Assembly (NCBI GenBank): GCA_013265495.1
Contig: MU058213.1
Span: 2,170,001-2,234,000, forward strand
Direction: 5' to 3'
From: Vicugna vicugna
Lineage: Eukaryota
Length of the DNA stretch: 64,000 nucleotides
The notes under the pieces are model-generated. The model had not been told where the DNA came from. It searched no databases and saw only the letters and a program-made list of their open reading frames with translations. The translations under genes and the position numbers were made by a program. Below, piece after piece: positions 54,074 through 64,000 of this stretch. The stretch's first letter is position 1. The number at the start of each line of letters is the position of its first letter.

Positions 54074-57065
54074 ATGGTGGCTAATCTTTTCAAGAGCTTG
54101 ATTTTACCTTACATACATAAGCTTTGCAAAGGAATGTTTACAAAGAAATTGGGAACTACAACCAAAAAAAAAGAGAATCGTCAGCCAAAAAAGGATCAAG
54201 ACATTGCCACTGCTGGCCAGACCAAAACCCCCAAATTTTCTAATACCTTGAAAAGCACAGTCAAGAAGATTGCAAAGTGTTCGTCCGCTCGCAACTTATC
54301 CACTGAGGAAGACGAGGCTAACAAAGAGTTTTCCCTCTCGCCGACATTCAGTTACCGAGTAGCTATTGCCAATGGCCTACAAAAAAAAATTAATGTAACC
54401 AATGGTGATAATGAGGATCTGCTTCAAGAGTTTTCTTCGATTGAGAGTTCCTACTCAGAATCACTCAGTGAACTAAGAAGTTCTACGGAAAACCAGGCAC
54501 AGTCAACACACACGATGCCAGTTCGACGCAACAGGAAGAGCTCGAGCAGCCTGGCGCCCTCCGAGGGGAGCTCTGATGGGGAACGCACCCTGCAGAGCTT
54601 AAAACTGGGAGCTTTACGCAAACTGAGGAAATGGAAAAAGAGTCAAGAGTGTGTCTCCTCAGATTCCGAGTTGAGCACGATGAAGAAATCCTGGGGAATA
54701 AGAAGCAAATCTTTGGACAGAACTGCCCGAAACCCAAAGACAAACACTCTGGAGCCTGGATTCAGTTCCTCTGGCTGCATTAGCCAGACTCAGGATGTCA
54801 TGGAAATGATCTTTAAGGAACTTCAGGGAATAAGTCAGATCGAAACTGAACTTACTGAGCTACGGGGGCACGTCAACGCTCTCAAGCATTCCATCGATGA
54901 GATCTCCAGCAGTGTGGAGGTCGTGCAAAGTGAAATTGAACAGCTACGTACAGGGTTCGTCCAGTCTCGGAGGGAAACCAGAGACATCCATGATTATATT
55001 AAGCACTTAGGTCATGTAGGTGGCAAGGCCAGCCTGAGATTTTTAAATGTGCCTGAAGACAGATTTGAATACGTTGAGAGTGTGGTGTACCAAATTTTAA
55101 TAGATAAAATGGGTTTTTCAGATGCACCGAATGCTATTAAAATTGAATTTGCTCAGAGAATAGGACACCAAAGGGATTGCCCCAATGCAAAGCCTCGACC
55201 TATCCTAGTGTACTTTGAAACCCCTCAGCAAAGGGATTCTGTCTTAAAAAAGTCATATAAACTCAAAGGAACAGGCATCGGAATTTCAACAGATACTCTT
55301 GCTCATGACATCAAAGAAAGAAAAGAGAGGGGGATACCGTCCTCCCAGACATATGAGAGTATGGACATAAAGCTGTTGACTCCAGAGCCCAAAACCAAGA
55401 AGAATAATTGGCAGTCACCTGATGACAGTGATGGAGAGCTAGACTCTGACCTCAATAGAAACAGTTACGCTGTGCTTTCTAAGTCAGAGTTTCCAACAAA
55501 GGGAAGTGCATCCAAGTCGAGTTCAAAATCACACAACGCTAGAGCCAAGAATAAAACTGCTAGTAGCAGCAGAATTTCAAATAAATCAGAATATGATCAA
55601 ATTTCTTCACATTTGCCAGAGTCTGATAACTTGGCAAAACAAACCACAGCCCGTTCTGCGGATGCGGTGCCTCTCTGGCATTCCCAGAGTGATTTTTTCA
55701 CTGCTAAACTTAGTCGTTCTGAGTCAGATTTTTCCAAATTGTGTCAATCTTATTCGGAGGATTTTTCGGAAAATCAGCTTTTCACTAGAACTAACGGAAG
55801 CTCCCTCTTATCGTCTTCTGACCGGGAACTTTGGCAGAGGAAACAGGAGGGCACACCTACCTTGTATGACAGCCCTCAGGATCAGTGTGTGAATGAGGCC
55901 CCTCAGGGGGTCCAGGAGCAAAGTGAAATTGAGAACACAGAGACCGCAGATAGTGGAATGAGTAATGGCATGGTGTGTGCGTCTGGAGACCAGAGTCATT
56001 ACAGTGATTCTCAGCTCTCTTTCCATGAGGATCTTTCTCCATGGAAGGAATGGAATCAGGTAGAGCAAGGAGCTGACTTAGGTTTAGATTCATCCACCCA
56101 GGAAGCTTTTGACTATGACATACACAGTTTATCTGATCAACAACTAGAAGTTTACCAGAAAGACCTAGAAGACTTGGGAAAGTGCCAGAGTGACCTTCAG
56201 GATGACTCTGAGAGCTATGATTTAACCCAAGATGACAACTCATCTCCATGCCCTGGCTTGGATAATGAACCACAAGGACAATGGGTTGGCCAATATAATT
56301 CTTATCAGGAAGCTAACTCTAATGAGCTGTACCAAAATCAAAACCAGCTGTCCATGATGTACCGAAGTCAAAGTGAATTGCAAAGTGATGACTCAGAGGA
56401 TGCTCCCCCCAAATCTTGGCATAGTCGATTAAGCATCGACCTTTCTGATAAGGCTTTCAGCTTCCCCAAGTTTGGATCTACACTCCAGAGGGCTAAGTCA
56501 GCCTTGGAAGTGGTGTGGAACAAAAGCACACAGAGTCTCAGTGGGTATGAGGACAGTGGCTCTTCCTTAATGGGGCGATTTCGGACATTATCCCAATCTA
56601 CTGCAAATGAGTCAAGTACTACCCTTGACTCGGATGTCTACACAGAGCCTTATTACTACAAAGCAGAGGATGAGGAGGACTATAGTGAACCAGTGGCTGA
56701 CAATGAAACAGATTACGTTGAAGTGATGGAGCAAGTCCTGGCTAAGCTGGAAAATAGGACAAGTATTACTGAAACAGATGAACAAATGCAGGAATGTGAT
56801 CAGCCTTCATATGAAACACCTTATGAAACCCCACAAGATGAGGGTTATGATGGGCAGGTGGATGACATGGTTAGTGAAGGGGGATTGGAACTCTTAAATG
56901 AAACATCGGCCGAAATGGAAATAAAAGAAGATGAAAACCAAAACATCCCTGAGCAACCAGTGGAAATCACGAAGCCAAAGCGGGTTCGTCCTTCTTTTAA
57001 AGAAGCAGCTTTAAAAGCCTATAAGAAGCAAATGGCGGAATTGGAAGAGAAGATCCTGGCTGGAG
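54074..57065 (+). CDS. UNC13C: Protein unc-13 homolog C (Munc13-3), first coding exon (N-terminal 997 codons + 1 nt; CDS continues beyond the window)
   Basis: Translation [27 protein letters not shown]...[17 protein letters not shown] recognised as the mammalian UNC13C N-terminus. ATG at 54074 (tccATGg). The ORF track's 54029 start is a non-ATG upstream extension. Phase-1 donor GAG|GTATTT at 57065/57066, so the final GIYV* is intron read-through. Confidence 0.96.
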
Positions 57066-58622
57066 GTATTTATGTTTAAATGCTACATTATGAGCTAATT
57101 GTGTTTTAACATTGGGTGGTGCTTCTTTAGAACATGTTCTGTGTTTACTCTTTGGAGAAGTAACTTACTTTCAAGGAATTTGCCTGTTTATTCTGAGAAG
57201 GGTTTTATTTTACTCAGCTGCCCCAACAATTTGGGCTTGATAATTTAAAACCAAAGTGTTTGCAAGTAGATCATATTAAACTACGCCCTGCGTTCTGTGG
57301 ATCAAGATTTCTGTGCTAGGATTAGGTATAAACCTTATTTGATATTAACCAACCTTATCCTACCAGTTATCAAAGGAAGGATGAGTGAAATCAAAGAGCA
57401 GCCTGGGGTCTCATTTTTGGTTCTGTTAGGTTTACAAGGATGGGGAGGAAAGAGAAATTTAATATTAAAGAATTGGGAAAGATGGGCTCCTAGGTTTACC
57501 ACTCCTTTTCTCATCAGATCTACACTTTGGAGCCTGCCAGTAGGCAACCTCAGCCCATACCATGGAAGGACCACAGCCTCCCTCACTACCTACTATTGCA
57601 GCTGGTGGAGGGCATTAGAGCCAAAACCTTAGGCTGTGCCTGAGGGGTCACAAGTCACCCTTTAGGAGGAGACAGTGAGGGGGTAGAGTTGAGAAGTTTC
57701 CTCCTGAAGAGTGAAGTAGAAGTCTCTCTGGGAAATGACAACATTACCTGACCTAATGGTTTTGCTTTATCTTAAGGGGGAACAATTTTGGATAGTACAC
57801 TTTTGAAAAGTAGCTGCACGTAAATAAAAATTTTGTTGATTTTTGTATTACTCAGCTAAACTTCATCTTACCTCAAGCACTTACCTCAATCCTTTAACCA
57901 TTTATTTTAGTTGCATGCTTATCTCTTTATATCTTTGGGATAGTTTGATATAATCTCAATGTTAATGAATTTGATACATTGTTAATGTTTTCCTTGGTTA
58001 CAGCTTTTAAGAGATTTAAAAAACTCTACATAATACTTCATAAAGGTGTACATTTATGTATATGGTCAAGTGTTACTTGCTGTTATGACATAATATAATA
58101 ATTCTTTCAGCCAGTAGCCAATTATGGCTTCTTTTTCTTGACCAAAACTGTGATCAGATTTTACTCCAAACTGGCCATTTTCTGATTGACATGGATGGAT
58201 CACTGAATAATCAGATACCTTTCTGGTTAAACTGTTTCAGGTCCTAAAACAATTGAAATAACAATTAAGGTTCTTTGCTCTAAAAACTCTCCATATAAAA
58301 TAACATATCTTACGTAATTTATTTAAGTCAAGGGCATCTTGGGTGCATTGGCTGTTTTTTGGTTATTATTTTTGGGGGAGAAGTGTTCTTGACTATCTTT
58401 AAATTGATTTAAAAGGGCAAAAGAGTCAAAAATTTTATGTAAATATAATTCATAGTGGAGTAATGTCTATCTTATTTCAGAATGACTCTGATTAGTTAGA
58501 TATTCTTATCACCGACGCTCAGTTGATAGTTTCTTGAAATACAGGCCAGCAGTTTAACATTGTATTTTACTTACTGTAGATTCAGAGAGGTCTACTGAAA
58601 GGCATATTAGAAATAAGCTCTC

Positions 58623-58660
58623 TGTGTGTGTGTGTGTATGTGTGTGTGTGTGGTGTGTGT
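58623..58660 (+). repeat. (TG)n microsatellite, imperfect
   Basis: Direct reading. Confidence 0.9.
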
Positions 58661-60989
58661 TATGATGCAGTACATGAATGTTTTAATGCCAAACTGGTTA
58701 AGGGATCTGAAATGTTAGGCAATATTATAAATACAACAAAACTATACGTTTCAGAGGAAAAAAGGTTCATCAACTTTTTAAAAATCCCAAATTAACAAAC
58801 TTCTGCAAAGTAGATTGTTACTGATAAAGACCATTTACATGGCTAGCAATCCTAGTCACTTAGCACTCAGAAACATAAAGACACTTGCTTATCCACACAC
58901 CACCAACTTCAGAATCCCAAGTAGGTGAAACAGTTGTGTGCCGCATACCTGACACACCAGGCCTGACTACAGAGGACTCAGACCCCCTCTGCCACCTTGG
59001 AGCTTGGCTTGTTATCCTCTGAGCCAGCTTTGAAAGGAATCTGTTGGATATCACTTATCCTAGAGGAAGTCATACGCATGTCTTTAAGATGCTCTCTGGT
59101 TGCTTGGGAGGCACCAGATTGACTACCCAGGAGGCTGCGGTAGCCTAGATTTTAAAGGCCATCTCTTCTCCCCTTGGCAGTGGTCAGGCCGCTGTCCCCC
59201 TCCTGTGCACCAATATGCCTCATGAGGAAGGGCAGCCAAAGAAGGGCATTTTTCAGGCCCCTTCCTGACTCAGAGCATCCCAATGAGATGCCAGTCCTTA
59301 TGATGGATTTCGTTCCCATGGCCATCTGCTCACTGGGCTTTGAGCAGATGCCAACACATTTTTCTCTCCACGACTATTCTGTCACTGTTAGGTAGCAGTG
59401 CTGTCTTTTCTCCATTACTCACCTGGCAAGATGGGACCTTAGAGCGCTTGCTATAAACAACGTAAGTAAAGAGGGATTTTGAAAGACCCCAACATTTATA
59501 TACGTGGATATTTGGTGCTAGTGTTTCTGAGAACTTTCACCTTGAACAGTACACCAATGGGGAAAGAGATTTAGACTGTGTGTAGCCAGACCCTCCATGA
59601 GGCCATATTCTTCCCTTATTGTTGGACCCTAATGAGTGTTACCTCTTGTCTAGCTGGCCTGAAACTCACACGATGGTGGTGCATATCTGATCCGCTACCT
59701 CCAGCCCTGTACCACCCATCAACTGGAATTCACTATTGTCTCCTCTGAATTCCTATTCATCTGCCTCTTAGGCACTGGCTTCCACCTTGTGTAATGAAGA
59801 TTTATGTACATTGCACGTGTTCTTTTCTCAGCTGTGATCTAAAGGTGAGAAGCCTTATCTTTTCATCCTTTCCTTTGCTCTATACCTAGACCAGTGCTTT
59901 ACACAGGGATGACAGTGAGTTCATATGTGGGATGAATGCCTGAATCAAGGGAAATAGGAGACTAAATAAAAAGCACAAGCTTTGAAGTCAAATCCAAATC
60001 CAATCTGTGGTCTGTAATTGCTAAGACTATGACTTTCTCTCTTGCGAGTTCAGGAATATGATTAGGATAAAAACTTATTATTGAGCACTGCTATCTGTAC
60101 ACCAGGCACTTCCCAGGCAGTTTATCTGTTTTTTTTTATTCCTTTACTTCTTACAATATCACTATGAATTTGGTTTCATTATTACCTCATTTTACAGGTT
60201 AGGAAACTGAAATGCTGAAAACTTACATAAGTTATTCAATGTCATGCAGATAGTAAGGGGTGAATTTAGAATTAAATGGATGATAATTTGGGTTATTTAG
60301 AGCAGTCATATGCTCTATGGTTGTTTTGTTTGTGTTTTAAGGAGGAAAGACCTCAGGAAAGATGGAGGCAGTATTAGCCACCAGCTGTATTCCCAGTAAA
60401 GGATGTTCTTGGGAAAACAGGAATAATAAGAAAGGCACTGAATTTAAAGTAGTTCATTCTCCATTTTTTTATTTCAAATCCATGTTCATCTTATAAATCA
60501 AGGCTTGTAGAGCCCAATAAACACTGCAGCAGCTGCTGGAAGGATGATGTATCTGAAGTCTGAGTACACTTCACCTGCCATTAGATTCTAAAGTCATACC
60601 TGGAATTAGATTCTCAGGTCAGTTTGAAGTAAATTTTTCTAGCAGAAGAACAAAAATTTTGTTTTGCTTTGCGATGCCATCCCTGGGCTCTCTGTAGATT
60701 CTGAAAGAGATTTCTCCTAGATGAGACTGTACAGTCAATGGGTGAATCTTCCATTCTGTTGCTGTTGTAATGCCAGAACCTACACCAGTATCTGGCACAG
60801 AGCAAATGCTCAATAGGTATTTGTGCACCAGGTCAGTAAATGCTCTGAGTTGCTGGGCTACCTAGCTCCGTGCAAAGTGGAGAACTCTTAGAATTCAGAT
60901 AAACTTTAGTTTTCTTTCTTTCAGTCAAAAAGACTTTTTATTTTATTTATTTGTTTGTTTGTTATAATTTATATATTTTATAAAATGTA

Positions 60990-61090
60990 TATTTTTAAAT
61001 TTTTTTTTTTAGTGGAGGTACTGGGGATTGAACCCAGGACTTCGTACATGCTAAGCACACACTGTATCACTGAGCTATACCCTCCCCCCT
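60990..61090 (-). mobile_element. tRNA-derived SINE (Vic-1-like)
   Basis: Reverse complement of ggggagggtatagctcagtgatacag...gggttcaatccccagtacctcc, with poly-A tail. Confidence 0.88.
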
Positions 61091-61309
61091 ATTATATATA
61101 TTTTAATATAGTGCAATAGAGAAAGCATGATTGACAGTGAAAACAGGACTTTTCCCTCCTTTTGCTCTGTTAATCACAATCTTTCTTTCTATGATGATGT
61201 AACCTATCCATCTCCAAAAACTTAGTTGAATTTTTTTAAATTCCAGGTTTAATGGTTAAGAATAAATATTTCAACTAAGTTTTGGAGATTTGCTGGCTTA
61301 AATTTATCA

Positions 61310-61435
61310 AGAAGTGCTTCTTAAACTTTTGAATGCCTCTGGGCCTCACCTGTGGAGAGTCTAAGTCAAGAGTGACGAGGTCTGCCTTTTTAACACACTC
61401 CCCAGGGGCTTCTAATGCAGGTGATCATCAGAGGT
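61310..61435. mobile_element. MER5-like hAT-Charlie fragment
   Basis: agtgcttcttaaactt...ctgcctttttaacacactccccaggggcttctaatgcagg. Confidence 0.6.
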
Positions 61436-63379
61436 CTAAGGTTATACAGTTAATAAGAGCACTGATGGAAACTGATATGCATATGACACAATTCAGAGTC
61501 TGATGCTCTTTCCGTGACATTCCATTGTGAGTGTGGGCAAGTCTTGTCATGAAAGGGCATAGCTCATATTTTGAACCATACAGATAAGTTGTGCTTTTAA
61601 GGTCAGCCAGTTTTGCATTAGCTACTGTAGTAAGTATTGATCTCTGTTAGCACAAAGCGAGTGATAATTGTTTGGGATGAGACAGGATCACATGTTTAAG
61701 AAGTTTAGAAAAATCTGGAAGGGTGACACTTGGCATATTAAAAGGCTTTATTAGAGGTGAAGAAGTGTAAATAATGGTGATTTTTTGAGGAATGAAAGCA
61801 TTTCACAGAAGGTGGGGCAGAAGTTCACAAGGATACACAAAGGCCAGCTAGTAACAGGAGCAACGAATATTTAGGCTTCAAAGATTTTGTTTACTTATAA
61901 TTATTAATGGCTTCAAACTATATACCTGAAACAGTTTCTTTGTAGGGGAACTAAAAATGTAATACATTTTTCAAGGGAAATATTAACTGACAATGAAAGA
62001 TGGTGATTTCCTTATTGTACTAGGAGTATTGCTTTAAAGTTTACAATACAGATTTCCAAGTTCCAGAGATTCATGAAAGGGTGTTCTGTTAAAATCTCTG
62101 CTGGCTAGGTTTTTATTTGTTTGCTTAGGCTAACGCCGTTGTTCATGTACTTTCTGCAAGTTCAAATAGAGAGATATATTCTATAGAAACTATGACTCAT
62201 TTGAGAACTTTCTATGTGGAATAAAATAAAGAAACTCTGAACTCTGGTGTAAGATACAGCAAAGGATAGCCTGATCAATTGTTATTAATTAGGTTAGAAT
62301 TGGAGATGCCAGGACCTGAAATAGATGTACCCACTGGGGTGATGCAGGCTCTGGGATAAATGTCAATAGCAAATGAAGAGAGAAAGTGCAGTACAGCAGA
62401 AGAAAATCTGCTACTTGGAAAGTATACCTGAAACTACAGATGACTTCTTGGGCATTTAAGAGTCTAAGTCTGGGTATCAGTTGGGGTGTTAGAGAACAGC
62501 CAGGAACAAGGAGAATCAGGGGCTGGAAGTGGGCAGGAACTTTCTTCCAGGAAGGCTTTTTCTTGATTGGCCTTTGGTTACCTGACTAGGGACTAGGAAA
62601 GGCTCTAAATATCCCAGAATAGGAACTATTGAGAGGAAAGCAAATCCCAGAGGGATTGCTAAACTAGATGGCTCATGCAGAGAGTGAGCTAGGTGCCTGA
62701 ACTGGGGCACATGGTCAGGAGTCAGTCTCTAATATAGGTTAAAAAAAACTTGATAGTTCCACTGACATCCAAGAACTGAGCCCAGTTTGCAGACAGAATG
62801 ACTTGATGACAAGTCTCAGGTTGTTGGGATACCCTGACTCCACATGGAAAGATTCCTCCTGATAAGGTGTTTGTTGAGGTTGCCTCCACAGACTACAAGA
62901 CCAAAAAGAACTAAATGCATTAATGGACTTCTTCCAACTTATGGTATGCCTTTTCTTCTTCTTTTTAAAGAAAAATATATTATGGAATCTTGTCCACTAC
63001 CTCATGCATTAAACTTCACTCATGCTGGGTCTCAGCTAACTTCCAAAAATAAAAGAAACCCTCAGAGGGTAAAAATTACTAACATTCAGCAGATTCCACC
63101 AACTGTGATATGACTCTGTAAGCAATTAAAGGGTCCCAAAGATACTTTGAGCAATGCCACTTTATTTAGAATAAGTGTATCTGTCCCTGCTCCCTCCTGC
63201 CATCTTCACTGCCTCCAGCTTATCCCTTACTTCTGTGCCAGTGCAACCATTTGAAAAGGATAGTACTCATTTTGAAGTAGGAAACTTGATATTTGTGTGG
63301 ACATTTTTGTAATATAGCATTGACCCACACAAACACACTCACATTAATATTTTTAAGAACTCTGTAAGGCAGGTAGCTT

Positions 63380-63640
63380 AATAATGGATAACATTTATTG
63401 AGGACTTTGTTATGTGCCAGACACTGTTCTAAATATTTTACTCTATATTAAGTCATATAATCCTCATAATAACCCTATGAGATGGGTAGTATTATTATCT
63501 CCATTTTATAAGAAACAGAGACACTAATTTAACTAAGAAGAAGGTTTAAAAGAAGAAGAAGAAGAAGATGTGGCAGAACCAGGATTTAGAATTAGGCGTT
63601 TCTTTTCCAGCTTCTATGTGCTTACTCACTGCTGCCTAGT
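63380..63640 (-). mobile_element. MIR SINE with internal (GAA)n
   Basis: taacatttattgag...tatgtgccagacactgttctaa...aatcctcataataaccctatgagatgggtagtattattatctccattttata. Confidence 0.8.
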
Positions 63641-64000
63641 TTAGGATTTCAGAAATGAAGTCCTGGTATTCAGCTTTATCAGATGGAGACCTAAGGTGGA
63701 AAAATGTTGACTTACCTGACAACACAGATTTGTCAGCAGAGTTACAAATACAAGCTGTTCTCCCAAATCATAAGCCAGCACTCAAGCTATCAGACCATCC
63801 TTCCATTTCACATGATGTTATTACAGGCAATATGATTATCCAGCTATCCTTTCTGTGTAACTTGTGGTAAAAGAAACTGTTGCCCGCATATAATAGTGTC
63901 AACAAGAAATGACAGATTGAAATGATCTTATTTCCCAGAGATGTAGGCTAAGCTGCCCCTTTTCTTAATGTCTTTTCTGACGCTTAATGATGTCTTGTGG

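Noticed and set aside
55506..56273. Alternative-frame and antisense ORFs within the UNC13C exon
   Set aside because: Shadow ORFs of the real CDS with no independent support.
57066..57079. ORF C-terminus GIYV*
   Set aside because: Read-through past the splice donor. The real protein continues in downstream exons.
57500..59400. Possible old LTR fragments (also ~6420-6850, ~11130-11480, ~62300-62850)
   Set aside because: LTR-like by eye only. Family and boundaries cannot be supported without a Dfam search.
1..64000. CRISPR arrays, operons, prokaryotic systems
   Set aside because: The sequence is clearly mammalian and no repeat-spacer arrays were seen.

Overview
AT-rich, repeat-dense mammalian genomic DNA. 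Three copies of a short tRNA-derived, Vic-1-like SINE plus cetartiodactyl-type L1 3' ends suggest a camelid (inference). The window holds the 5' part of UNC13C (Munc13-3) on the + strand. A CpG-enriched promoter and probable non-coding first exon lie at ~20.2-21.0 kb (donor CAG|GTATGT at 21017/21018). A ~32.8 kb first intron follows, then a very large exon (53817-57065) carrying 5'UTR and the first 997 codons (ATG 54074), after which intron 2 runs off the window. The rest is intergenic or intronic: L1 fragments (one with a twin-priming inversion and a Tigger2-type MITE inside it), a degraded ~5 kb ERVL provirus, MaLR/ERV LTRs, MIR, L2, SINEs and a near-perfect 320-bp tandem duplication. The most striking observation is that UNC13C aa ~243-419 reads like a LINE ORF1p module (coiled coil + RRM + start of CTD, L1TD1/Transposase_22-like). 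This suggests a domesticated retrotransposon protein domain fused to a synaptic vesicle priming factor. Other notable items are a near-consensus REST/RE1 site in intron 1 and a uATG-dense 5'UTR. Repeat family names and most repeat boundaries were assigned by eye and are approximate.
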